Source: a virus (Duplodnaviria > Heunggongvirae > Uroviricota > Caudoviricetes). From it: a stretch of DNA of 64,000 nt. Below are positions 48,102 through 57,304 of the stretch, piece by piece. Numbering within the stretch: the stretch's first letter is position 1; each line of letters opens with the position of its first letter. The stretch lies in the IMG/VR virus record IMGVR_UViG_3300028833_002727; one strand, 5' to 3'. Below the pieces are notes generated by a model that was not told the DNA's origin, did not search any database, and saw nothing but the letters and a program-made list of their open reading frames with translations. Position numbers and translations under genes: made by a program.

Positions 48102-48899
48102 TTATTCATTGTCTTCTGTGAAACTTTCTTCTGGTAATGGGTACTTATCAATAACATCTTGAATAAGTTGTCTACCTTCTTCTATCGGCAACTCTCTTGC
48201 CATTGTTGATAAGTATGAACTTTCTCTTAAAACAGTGTGTTTGTACCCAATACGTGGAGCGACAAATATCTTCTTACCTGATGTTACAGTATTTAATAGA
48301 TACTCATACCAAGCAGCAATTTTATATTCTGGTTTTAAACCACCTAATTCTTTAAAATCGGCTGTTCTAATATAACCGCCACTTGTTAAGAAATCTTTGA
48401 AAATAAACAAATCGTGATGTTCCACAAAACCAATTGTTCCTTTGTCGATAAATGCAACATCCCAAACGAGTTCGTTTGCTAAACCAGCAATTTCATCTTT
48501 TGGTGTTACAATTTCTGCCATTGGTAAAATAATACTGTAATCTTTGTCTGTATATCGTTGTGCTACTTCATTCCAATATGGATAGAAAGCATCATCTAAC
48601 TCAAGAATACAGAAATATGGCGTTTTACATTTAGAAACCGCAAGATTGATTTTTGCAAACAAATCTTTTTCATCGGTTGGAACTAATGTTACAATCTGTG
48701 TATTTTCATCACCAGCAACTTGATTGAATAGTTCATGTGCTTTTGTAATAATTTCAAGTTCACCAACTAAAAATAGTTCAGCCTTTTCAGCGCCTTTCAA
48801 TTGCGTGAAACTTGTAAATGCTTTTTCCAAAAAGCCTTTAACTTCGTCATCAAATACGTGGACTGGTACAATATATGTTACTTTCTTCATATTATTCAT
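48102..48899 (-). CDS. GT-A fold (GT2-like) glycosyltransferase
   Basis: VTYIVPVH...INLAVSKCKTPYFCILELDD...F.ELGGLK...YEYLL. Confidence 0.75.
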   Translation of the reverse strand: MNNMKKVTYIVPVHVFDDEVKGFLEKAFTSFTQLKGAEKAELFLVGELEIITKAHELFNQVAGDENTQIVTLVPTDEKDLFAKINLAVSKCKTPYFCILELDDAFYPYWNEVAQRYTDKDYSIILPMAEIVTPKDEIAGLANELVWDVAFIDKGTIGFVEHHDLFIFKDFLTSGGYIRTADFKELGGLKPEYKIAAWYEYLLNTVTSGKKIFVAPRIGYKHTVLRESSYLSTMARELPIEEGRQLIQDVIDKYPLPEESFTEDNE

Positions 48900-50004
48900 C
48901 TTCTGCTTTATCTAAATTATTTTTGAATGTTTGCTTAGCAATTGTTAATTCGTTTACACGTCCAGGAATAATTCCCTTTTCAAATGTTTCAAGAATGTCT
49001 GTATTTTGTCTTTCTTGTGTATATACAGCAAGTGTTTTTTCCATCTCTTCGTAAATTTCTTGAGGAACGGACTCGTGTAGTACAGCATTTAATACGTTTG
49101 CTAAAATGTCTGGTAATTCCCTCATATTGTAGAACCAAACACCATTGTTGCGTAGTTTACCTTGTTCATCTACCATCCATGCTGGAATATTTTCAGGAAT
49201 TTTACCAATTACGATGTTCTTACATGCCATTGCTTCCAATGCTGAATACCCAAAATCTGTATCAGGATCAATCCAAACTGTTACTTCTCCCTTTGCTACA
49301 TATTTAGCATATTCTTCTTTCGGCCTACCGTTAATATATCTAAATGATACAAAACCATATTCTGGGTGACGCCATTTGAATGGTTTGGTAACGCTATTGA
49401 TACATTTCGCGTCTTTACTTAAAATGTTTACAATCAATTCCTTTGGCTCATCAGTGTTCGCCTTTTCAAATAATTCATCAATAACAGGATGAATAACATA
49501 AACCTTTACATGTGGGAAAACCTCAAGTAAACGTTCCTTCAACTCTTCAGACGTTGTGATACAGTCGTGAACTCTTAATGTTTCCCAAGATGAACCCAAT
49601 GGTATTAACTCTGTTAGATAATCAAAGTTTTCAAGAATTGCAACTTTCTTACAATGCAACTCTTTTGTTTTTGACATTACGGAACTAAATAGTTCTGGAA
49701 TAAACAATATATCACTTGGTGATACATCAATAATATCGCTTGCGGCATTATAGTGTGGTAGTGCTGCATATTTTTCACCCAACCAACTACCAACACCAAC
49801 GAAATCTTTTTCTGAATACAACATTTGCACATTGTATCCCATCTCTTTTAATTGGTATGCCAATGGATAAATGTATGATAGTGAACCAATCGGCGCACCT
49901 TTAGAATCAGCCACAAAGAAGAATAGTTTATTGTTCTTGTCTGCTAATTGTTTAATTGATACTTCTAAATCCTTAATTACTTTCTTAATTTCAGTTTTGT
50001 TCAT
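48892..50004 (-). CDS. GT-B fold (GT4-like) glycosyltransferase
   Basis: DILFIPE; VWID..TDFGYSALEAMAC..IVIG. Confidence 0.8.
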   Translation of the reverse strand: MNKTEIKKVIKDLEVSIKQLADKNNKLFFFVADSKGAPIGSLSYIYPLAYQLKEMGYNVQMLYSEKDFVGVGSWLGEKYAALPHYNAASDIIDVSPSDILFIPELFSSVMSKTKELHCKKVAILENFDYLTELIPLGSSWETLRVHDCITTSEELKERLLEVFPHVKVYVIHPVIDELFEKANTDEPKELIVNILSKDAKCINSVTKPFKWRHPEYGFVSFRYINGRPKEEYAKYVAKGEVTVWIDPDTDFGYSALEAMACKNIVIGKIPENIPAWMVDEQGKLRNNGVWFYNMRELPDILANVLNAVLHESVPQEIYEEMEKTLAVYTQERQNTDILETFEKGIIPGRVNELTIAKQTFKNNLDKAEDE

Positions 50005-50016
50005 ATTTTTGTCTAT

Positions 50017-50412
50017 TTATTCTTCTGTTGTTATTTTCTTAATAAAACCATATTCCATAAATGTTTGTAACGCCATAAGAGATTGTAAACTAATCAATGG
50101 TTTGTCATTATCGTTTGCTACTGGCTTTTCTGTTAAAATAGTCGTAAGCAACATTTTTACTAAATCCAATTTAAAATCATCATACAAAGGTGTTTCTTGT
50201 GGCGTTATAACCTCATGTACTATCTTCTCAGCCAACACCATTTCCTGTTCTTCATTTAATTGGTAACTGTTGCTAATCTCTTGTTGCCTAAACTCGTTTT
50301 CTTTTTTGGTTGGATTGTTTTTCGGCTGATTACTTTTAATTTGACAATATGCTGTTATTGCATCCAAATCAAGTGAATATTCCATAAATTGCAATTTTTC
50401 CATATTAGTCAT
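50017..50412 (-). CDS. Hypothetical protein
   Basis: Clean ORF inside the GT operon. Confidence 0.75.
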   Translation of the reverse strand: MTNMEKLQFMEYSLDLDAITAYCQIKSNQPKNNPTKKENEFRQQEISNSYQLNEEQEMVLAEKIVHEVITPQETPLYDDFKLDLVKMLLTTILTEKPVANDNDKPLISLQSLMALQTFMEYGFIKKITTEE

Positions 50413-51007
50413 ATTTTTTATCTAATGTTAAGATTATTTCTTTGTCAAGTAAAAATTCAGATAGACTACTATACGAATAATCTGCTTCACAGTCTTTATT
50501 GTAATCGTTTTCGATTCTGATTGATGTTTTGCCTTCTGGTTTATTATTCAATAAATTTGGATCAGCAGTAATTAGAACATCACATCTATCCCAAATTTCA
50601 GAAGAGTCTGCTGGGAAGAAAATGTTTCTAATTCTAGTAGCCATTTTTGATAAGAAGAAACATGTGCAACCAATTGAAGCATTAAATTCCTTCGGATTAC
50701 TCAATGAGACTTCTAATTTACGCTTTAACTCATCATTGTTTTCTTGTTCTAATAGCCATAAATTTAACCTCTTATCAAGTGTTTTTTCGCACGCAGTTGC
50801 TTCCCCAAAAACTTCAAACACATAATCTTCATATAAAAATTTATTAAATTCCTTTTTACTTTTGAATTCAAAAATATCCTCATAATTGTTTGTTGAAAAG
50901 TCCAGTGTCTCTAAATCAATACTCGGTTTAATGTATTTCTTGTAAATTTTACCCAACTGGACTGTCTTATTTCTTAATACATCATCAAGCGTTAAGCAAA
51001 GTCTCAT
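50405..51007 (-). CDS. HAD-fold 5'(3')-deoxyribonucleotidase-like protein, possibly inactive
   Basis: MRLCLTLDDVLRN (DxD position reads TxD), CDVLITADP, NDYN; likely start ATG 51007. Confidence 0.6.
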   Translation of the reverse strand: MRLCLTLDDVLRNKTVQLGKIYKKYIKPSIDLETLDFSTNNYEDIFEFKSKKEFNKFLYEDYVFEVFGEATACEKTLDKRLNLWLLEQENNDELKRKLEVSLSNPKEFNASIGCTCFFLSKMATRIRNIFFPADSSEIWDRCDVLITADPNLLNNKPEGKTSIRIENDYNKDCEADYSYSSLSEFLLDKEIILTLDKKYD

Positions 51008-52289
51008 ATTTTTTATCAATTTGTTTTTGTATTATTATCTCTTTGTAAAATTTCTCACGTTGTTTTGTAACAGTTGCTAAATCATATTTTTCATGGAAAT
51101 CTCTGTACAGATTATCTTGTAACATTTTCACATACTCAGGATGTTTTACAAGTTTTTCAATTGCCTTAACCCAGTCTTTTGGCGAACGTCTATTATCAAT
51201 CAAAATTGCATTACCATCTGGGTCGATTTCGCCACCCTTTTTGAAAAAATTCTTTAATCCAATTGTATACGGTCCAAAATTGCTTCCAATAAACGCTGTA
51301 TGTGAGAAACAACATTCAACTGGTTTTAATTCACTCTTTACAAGGTTAAACTCATTTTCTTTCAAAGGGGCTAACAAAACGTCAATTTCTCTATAGTGTT
51401 GATAATAATTGTTCATATCCTTTGTCCAACATCTTTTATAACCCTCTTGTTCTGCATTTGGATATACACTATTTGGTACGAATTGTTCAAGGAATTGTTT
51501 GTATTGTGGTGAGACAATTTTGTAATTGTCAGTAACCATTTTCTCGTATCTATACCATACACCTTCCTGTGGAGTCATTGGACGTATTTGCTTTGTGCCA
51601 TCTGGAGCATAATATGTCATAGTGCCTCTATTATCGAATCCACACAAGACAATTTCAATTTTATCTAATATATCTTTTGGAAGTGCTCCAACAAATCCAC
51701 CCATTGTTTGTAAATCAGGTTCATGTGTTGAACCCATAATAAAACCAATTCTAAGTTTACTGCATTGTGGCTTCTCAACCACAAATCGTTTATCCGTAGG
51801 GTCTATTGCATTTGGAAAAACAATAACGTTTTTATTAAATGGACGTATCATTTTAGCAAAAAACTCGGTGGTTGTTGTAACATAATCAACAAGTTTTAAA
51901 TTGGTTTTGATAGCATCTTCCTGATTAAATTCGTCACCTGTTTTTCTTGAAAACAATTGCATTTTATATTGTGGGTGTTCACTACCAAGTTTCCAGTGGT
52001 CGTCAATATCCATAATTGTAACAATTCCATTTTCTTTGAAAAAATTCAAGGCTCTAACAAAGTTTGCTTGTTTCTCGTTTGTGTCAAAAAATAAACCCCT
52101 GTGAAAATGTATAATTTGAAATTGTTTAAATGCTTCGAGATTACTAAAATCAGGTTTAGACATTGATGCAATTTCAAATTCATCAGGATACATAGATAAC
52201 AACTTTTGATGTGGTTGTACACTTCTATAAAAACCAATACCGCCAATTGTGTCGGTATAAATTATCAATACACGTATTTTATCGCTCAT
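50985..52289 (-). CDS. GT-B fold glycosyltransferase
   Basis: GIGFYRSVQPH, MDIDDHW, VTTTT, PNAID, IGFIMGSTH..DL, DVLLAPL..NEFN..KSELK.VE. Confidence 0.88.
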   Translation of the reverse strand: MSDKIRVLIIYTDTIGGIGFYRSVQPHQKLLSMYPDEFEIASMSKPDFSNLEAFKQFQIIHFHRGLFFDTNEKQANFVRALNFFKENGIVTIMDIDDHWKLGSEHPQYKMQLFSRKTGDEFNQEDAIKTNLKLVDYVTTTTEFFAKMIRPFNKNVIVFPNAIDPTDKRFVVEKPQCSKLRIGFIMGSTHEPDLQTMGGFVGALPKDILDKIEIVLCGFDNRGTMTYYAPDGTKQIRPMTPQEGVWYRYEKMVTDNYKIVSPQYKQFLEQFVPNSVYPNAEQEGYKRCWTKDMNNYYQHYREIDVLLAPLKENEFNLVKSELKPVECCFSHTAFIGSNFGPYTIGLKNFFKKGGEIDPDGNAILIDNRRSPKDWVKAIEKLVKHPEYVKMLQDNLYRDFHEKYDLATVTKQREKFYKEIIIQKQIDKKYETLLNA

Positions 52290-52339
52290 TACAAATTATC
52301 TTTTTATCTTAATCTAGTGTTTTAAAATAAAAAGTAAAT

Positions 52340-52368
52340 AAAAAAACCACCTGAAAAGATGGTTTTTT
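52340..52368 (-). terminator. Intrinsic terminator
   Basis: aaaaaaccacct-gaaa-agatggtttttt. Confidence 0.75.
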
Positions 52369-52387
52369 CAAAATATTCGTTAAAAAC

Positions 52388-53026
52388 TTATTGTTTTTTC
52401 TTTTTTAAGACTAATTGTCCTTCGTAAACATTACCTTTTGAATCTAAGAATTGTATCTTATTTCCACCAGGCATTCTGATACCAGCAACAGCACCTTCGT
52501 TTAACATACCTTGTTTAATTGCCGCCATATTCTCTTTGATAGCTTCACTAACTAAGTATTTAATCATATTGTAATCAATACCACCAGTTTGCTGTGGTTG
52601 ATACTGTGGTTGATATACTTGTTGAGGTTGTTGAACATATTGTTGTTGTCCTCTTTGTTCTGTTAATAAACTTGCCCCTGGTTGGTATCCACTTTGTGAC
52701 ATACTCATTGACTCTGCGCCAGGAAAACTGTAACCGCTAATTGGTGGTTGTTGTGCAAATGACTCCTGTAAAACACTACTACTAAACTGATGTTGTGGTA
52801 CGTTTTCTTGAATTTGTTGTTGGGGTACATATGAACTAGGTTTTGATGAAGAACGTCCAAATACTTGCTGGTCCAAATATGCTAGATCATTGCCACCTTT
52901 TCTTCTGCCTCCACCTTTTTTACCTCCGTTAGTCATAGCGCTAATTCCATCCAAATAAGCCATGTAATCCTCATTCATTAGACGTGAGGCTTTTGAAATT
53001 GCTGAATCTACTTGTGCTATATTCAT
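52388..53026 (-). CDS. Gln-rich hypothetical protein
   Basis: Clean ORF with L-x-E sites (LMNE, LQE, LTE, LNE). Confidence 0.8.
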   Translation of the reverse strand: MNIAQVDSAISKASRLMNEDYMAYLDGISAMTNGGKKGGGRRKGGNDLAYLDQQVFGRSSSKPSSYVPQQQIQENVPQHQFSSSVLQESFAQQPPISGYSFPGAESMSMSQSGYQPGASLLTEQRGQQQYVQQPQQVYQPQYQPQQTGGIDYNMIKYLVSEAIKENMAAIKQGMLNEGAVAGIRMPGGNKIQFLDSKGNVYEGQLVLKKKKQ

Positions 53027-53028
53027 TT

Positions 53029-53847
53029 TTATACGTTATTTTCGTTATCTTTGTTATTTTCTTCTGTATTATCTTGTTTTAATTCTTCATCACCTTTATT
53101 CACTGGGCCGTTTAATGCTATGTTCTGATATGTTTGTTGTCTTTGTTGTGTATTATCAGTTTTTCCTGTCGTTATTGTAGCATTATCTGGATTTTGTTTA
53201 CTTATTGGTTTATCTGTTTGAACGTAGTTGTTATCACCAAAGTCAGTTGTTCTTGACATTTCTTCTGCTGATGCACCGTTTAACCAGTTTGCCATAGCAG
53301 GATTTCTTTGCCAGTTAGCAACGTTTCTAGCAACATAATCAGGTGTTGGTACACGTCTACTACGTTCAATATTTTTTTGTAAATCGTAGTATGGATTTTG
53401 TGCAACCTTTTGTGCGTGACGTTCTTGGTTATATTTCGACAAACCACCAGTTTCATATCTACGTTTTGCACCCGCATAATCAGCATTGATGTAAACAGTT
53501 GACATGGATTTATCTCCGTCAGGATTATATTCATCTAACGGAGGCTGTGGGATGTTTGTTTTTTTATTTATCGGCTTCCATGTTTCGAACTTATCCGTTC
53601 TAAATAATTTCCAATGCGGAACTTTCGTTTTTGTGTCACCAAATGGTTGATACGCACGAATTACTGGATTTCCTGCTTTTGATAAACCATACGCTACTGG
53701 CTGAATAATTCTCCAACCGCTTCCAGTTTCTTTTTCGTTCTCATCCGCAATGTAATTTACTTTTACTGGTTTCCTTTTTTTAATTGCAAGTTCGATACTT
53801 GAGACATCAACATCCTCAAATAATATTTGTTTTTGCGTATTTGCCAT
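53029..53847 (-). CDS. WYL-domain protein
   Basis: AIKKRKPVKVNY...WRIIQPVAYG.....VIRAYQ...WKLFRTDK. Confidence 0.8.
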   Translation of the reverse strand: MANTQKQILFEDVDVSSIELAIKKRKPVKVNYIADENEKETGSGWRIIQPVAYGLSKAGNPVIRAYQPFGDTKTKVPHWKLFRTDKFETWKPINKKTNIPQPPLDEYNPDGDKSMSTVYINADYAGAKRRYETGGLSKYNQERHAQKVAQNPYYDLQKNIERSRRVPTPDYVARNVANWQRNPAMANWLNGASAEEMSRTTDFGDNNYVQTDKPISKQNPDNATITTGKTDNTQQRQQTYQNIALNGPVNKGDEELKQDNTEENNKDNENNV

Positions 53848-53852
53848 TACAG

Positions 53853-54278
53853 TCAGTCAACCCAATATTGTCCTGGTACGCTTGTTGATGTGTCAACTGA
53901 GCCTGGTCCATATTCATTACCAGCATTATAAGGGTTCATACCACCAAACACTAAATAGTTACGCCCAGCGTCACCTTGAAATGCTTTGTCAACACCTTTT
54001 GTACCATCAATATCATATACGTTACCTGCACCACTATTGATGTCAGTGTTAACTGTTGTACCCATCATTGTTGATGTTGCATGTGTACCTTTCTTTGTTG
54101 GAATAGATAAATGTGATAAAGATGTACCAGTACCTTTACCTTTATTATCGCCATCTGCCAATGCATCTGGGTGTGCTGCTGAGTATGGAGTTGCCTCATC
54201 ATATGTGTAAGGGCTTTTAATGAATTCACTCGTTCTCTCATCTATCGCAATTCTTTCAAGTTCAGATTGTTTTGCCAT
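53853..54278 (-). CDS. Hypothetical Gly/Thr-rich protein
   Basis: Clean ORF; YSAAHPDALADGDNKGKGTG. Confidence 0.8.
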   Translation of the reverse strand: MAKQSELERIAIDERTSEFIKSPYTYDEATPYSAAHPDALADGDNKGKGTGTSLSHLSIPTKKGTHATSTMMGTTVNTDINSGAGNVYDIDGTKGVDKAFQGDAGRNYLVFGGMNPYNAGNEYGPGSVDTSTSVPGQYWVD

Positions 54279-54334
54279 TTCTAAAAATGTATTTATTTGT
54301 AAATTAGTTATTTTTTTTATTTTGTCAAGACTTA

Positions 54335-55099
54335 TTAGTTATTTTCATAATAAATCTTTGTATTTCCTTCTTTTCTATGCCCTTTTCCTGGGATTGCTGA
54401 TTTAGGCTGTTCTATACCAGTATTTGTATTACTATGCACATTACGCAACGAATCGCCTTGCATTTGCGCGCGTTTGATAAGGGAGTTGATAGCACCAGTT
54501 ATTTTTGTATTGGAACTATTCCCTAATTCATTGCGTAAACGATAAAGTGATGGTAAATCCATTTGTTCACCACTTCTTAAACGTTTCATTATATCATCAT
54601 GTTCACCATCTGGTGTTGCAAATGCTCTAACTTCATTAGGTAATGAATATAATTTTTTACCATCAAGTTCAGCATTACGTTCATTCAAGTGTTTTTGAAA
54701 TGGTTTAGTGCCAAAATATTTATTACAATTTTTATTTGAACACAAATACACTGGTTCACCTTTAATATACAAACCTACTTTGCTTCCACATTCAGGACAT
54801 ATTTCAGGAACTATTCCACCCTCATCATTTTTTACTATTTTTTTTTTATTGTTTTCATATAATGAGTAACCAGCACCACGTCTAGTCCATTGATTGTTTG
54901 CTATTTTGTTTTTAGCATAAGCATCTGCTGTTCTAGTGTCACCACCTGGTTCTGTTGGAATTACTTCACCGTCAGTTGCTGGAATTGAATCCACAGGGTA
55001 TTCACTACCAGTACTCGTGTTACTTAGGTAACCACCCATGGCGTCTTCACCAATGATGTGTTTTAATTGTTCACTTGTAAAATATACTTTCTTGCTCAT
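54335..55099 (-). CDS. Leader-bearing protein with a zinc-ribbon module
   Basis: MSKKVYFTSEQLKHIIGED; CPECG...YLCSNKNC flanked by LYE and LNE. Confidence 0.8.
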   Translation of the reverse strand: MSKKVYFTSEQLKHIIGEDAMGGYLSNTSTGSEYPVDSIPATDGEVIPTEPGGDTRTADAYAKNKIANNQWTRRGAGYSLYENNKKKIVKNDEGGIVPEICPECGSKVGLYIKGEPVYLCSNKNCNKYFGTKPFQKHLNERNAELDGKKLYSLPNEVRAFATPDGEHDDIMKRLRSGEQMDLPSLYRLRNELGNSSNTKITGAINSLIKRAQMQGDSLRNVHSNTNTGIEQPKSAIPGKGHRKEGNTKIYYENN

Positions 55100-55192
55100 T
55101 TTACTTCATTTTTCTTTAACAATAAATACATGATTATCTCCATTTTTTACTTCAAAATGGTATTTATAGTAAAAATAAACTTATTATTAAGA

Positions 55193-56782
55193 ATGGCGAT
55201 ACTTAACAAATATAAAAAAAAATGGAAAACATTACTGTTACTACGAAAAGATAGGTATGATGATTTTGTGCTATCGCTAGATAACACAAAGGCAGTACCG
55301 CTTGACGGTAAACTAACAGAAAATTGTTTGATTAGTTATATTGACACCAATAATCCGAATTGTATTATTGATAATTCTTTATTGTTTTCAGATTCAAAAT
55401 ACAGTTATGAAAACGCAATAAATAATAATGTGTCATTAAGTAACATTGGTTTTACAGGTATTGACACTTCAATTGTTCCGTTTGATAAAGACAATGTTGA
55501 TATGGATGAGTTTATTGACATTGTTCAAATGAGTACTTTAGATATTACAAGTGGTGATACAAGATTACAATTGTTACCTGTGTCTGGAAACACAAAATTG
55601 TATGATTATCCTTGCGAAATAGTTTCAGAAAGTGGCGACACATATTATAAATTAAATGGTGGATTTTTACAAGGATTCTACAAAACATGTGATGGTAAAT
55701 ATGAAGTATTACCTCAATACATAAACAACACTTGGAATTTAGAGTTTGTTATTCGCCCAAGAAGTGACTATCAAGAAAGTGGTGAGACGAGCGCAAATAC
55801 TTTGAATACGATGTACCCTGATAATAGCGGAATATTCTTCTATATGGGTACAAGAGCGGAGAATAAATTTGTTGAATATTTCGGTTGCAAAGACATTGAC
55901 AAATATCCACTTCGAGAAGTTTCTGGTGAGACATCAAGTAAAACATGGGAAAATATACCATTGTTAGTGACATCTGAAGGACATATAGCAGAGTCTGGTA
56001 TAGAATACGATATAGCAACTGACAATGGTTATTTAATTTATGACAGAACATGTGAAGGATATACAACTGATACGTGGACTCGTGGAAATACTTTACGTTT
56101 AACACTTAAACACCGTGATATTGAGGATAATCTATATACGCTGTTGAACAGAACTTGTACTGGTTTTACAACAGATACATTAGCAAAATATCTAGAAGAA
56201 CATCCAGAAAAATACACTAAAAATAAATGTAATATTATTGGTGATTTAATTGGTAATGCATTTGCTTTGAAAGTTAATAGAGATGACTCTATTGGTTACA
56301 AATATCTAATTAGAGATTGTAACAATGAGGATAAATTTTCAATCGCGGAAGAAAACGGTTTCCCTGGATTGATTAAAGACGGTGAATGGAATGTCATCAA
56401 TGTTATGTTTAAAATTTTAAACGGTGAAGTTGACAAATGTGGTGTTCCATTGGGTGAACGAAGAATGAAAATATACATCTATGTAAATGGTTACTTGAAA
56501 TTTGTTTCAAAAGAATTACCTGAGTTTAATTTCAGAGAGTTGAACAATTTCTGTGATGAACAGGAAGGTGTAGCATTTAATTTGTCACTTGGAGGTGGAA
56601 CACAAGGTTTAATGGAAAGCGTTTGGTTTAATAAAATGACTGGTTCAAAACATATTTTCCCTTTGGAAAGCAATTTTGCTGGAAGTTTTATTGGTGATAT
56701 ACGCTCATTCAAGTTCTATAATTGTCAACTACAGTACAATCAAATCAAAAATAATTACATATACGAAATAAATAAAAACTAA
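55193..56782 (+). CDS. Virion structural protein with a LamG/concanavalin-like C-terminus (likely start ATG 55193)
   Basis: IYIYVNGYL...LSLGGG...NFAGSFIGDIRSFKFY...L...QIKNNY; five SGxT motifs; TATTTAT at 55161. Confidence 0.7.
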   Translation: MAILNKYKKKWKTLLLLRKDRYDDFVLSLDNTKAVPLDGKLTENCLISYIDTNNPNCIIDNSLLFSDSKYSYENAINNNVSLSNIGFTGIDTSIVPFDKDNVDMDEFIDIVQMSTLDITSGDTRLQLLPVSGNTKLYDYPCEIVSESGDTYYKLNGGFLQGFYKTCDGKYEVLPQYINNTWNLEFVIRPRSDYQESGETSANTLNTMYPDNSGIFFYMGTRAENKFVEYFGCKDIDKYPLREVSGETSSKTWENIPLLVTSEGHIAESGIEYDIATDNGYLIYDRTCEGYTTDTWTRGNTLRLTLKHRDIEDNLYTLLNRTCTGFTTDTLAKYLEEHPEKYTKNKCNIIGDLIGNAFALKVNRDDSIGYKYLIRDCNNEDKFSIAEENGFPGLIKDGEWNVINVMFKILNGEVDKCGVPLGERRMKIYIYVNGYLKFVSKELPEFNFRELNNFCDEQEGVAFNLSLGGGTQGLMESVWFNKMTGSKHIFPLESNFAGSFIGDIRSFKFYNCQLQYNQIKNNYIYEINKN

Positions 56783-56784
56783 TT

Positions 56785-57261
56785 ATGGCACAGACAAAAA
56801 GATATAGAGATGGGGACAGATTACATGCTGGTGTTTTTAACGCATTACTAAACACAGTTGAAAAACTTGAATATGACGTTGATGAACTAAAAAAGAAAAA
56901 AGACAACAACACATGGCGCTCTATTAAGGTGAACAATAAAGAGATTTTAGGTAATGGAACAAATACAAACCCGTTAAATTTATTACCTGGAGATGGAGTG
57001 ACTATTTCACATGATAATAATGGTAATGTTACTATTGCTAGCACTGGTGGCGGAGGAGGTGGTACTTCATATATTGCAGGTGACAACATTAAAATTAATG
57101 GTAATGTTATTAGTGCTATAGATACCAAATATATATCTTCTGATTTTGATATTAAAGATTTAGCGGATTCAGAAGGTTTACGTGAAGAATGGAGCAGTAA
57201 ACAAGATCCTATTTCTGTTGATGTAGAGGATGTTATTGATGTCTTAAACGATGAAGATTAA
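56785..57261 (+). CDS. Fibre-like protein sharing modules with 1098 and 1474
   Basis: YIAGDNIKINGNVISA, SDFDIKDLADSEGLREEWSSKQD, VDVEDVIDVLNDED. Confidence 0.7.
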   Translation: MAQTKRYRDGDRLHAGVFNALLNTVEKLEYDVDELKKKKDNNTWRSIKVNNKEILGNGTNTNPLNLLPGDGVTISHDNNGNVTIASTGGGGGGTSYIAGDNIKINGNVISAIDTKYISSDFDIKDLADSEGLREEWSSKQDPISVDVEDVIDVLNDED

Positions 57262-57263
57262 CT

Positions 57264-57304
57264 AAAAAAATAGCAAGCTATGCAACGCTTGCTATTTCTT
57301 TTTC
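57264..57304 (+). terminator. Hairpin terminator overlapping the polymerase stop
   Basis: aaatagcaagc-tatgcaac-gcttgctatttctttt. Confidence 0.75.
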
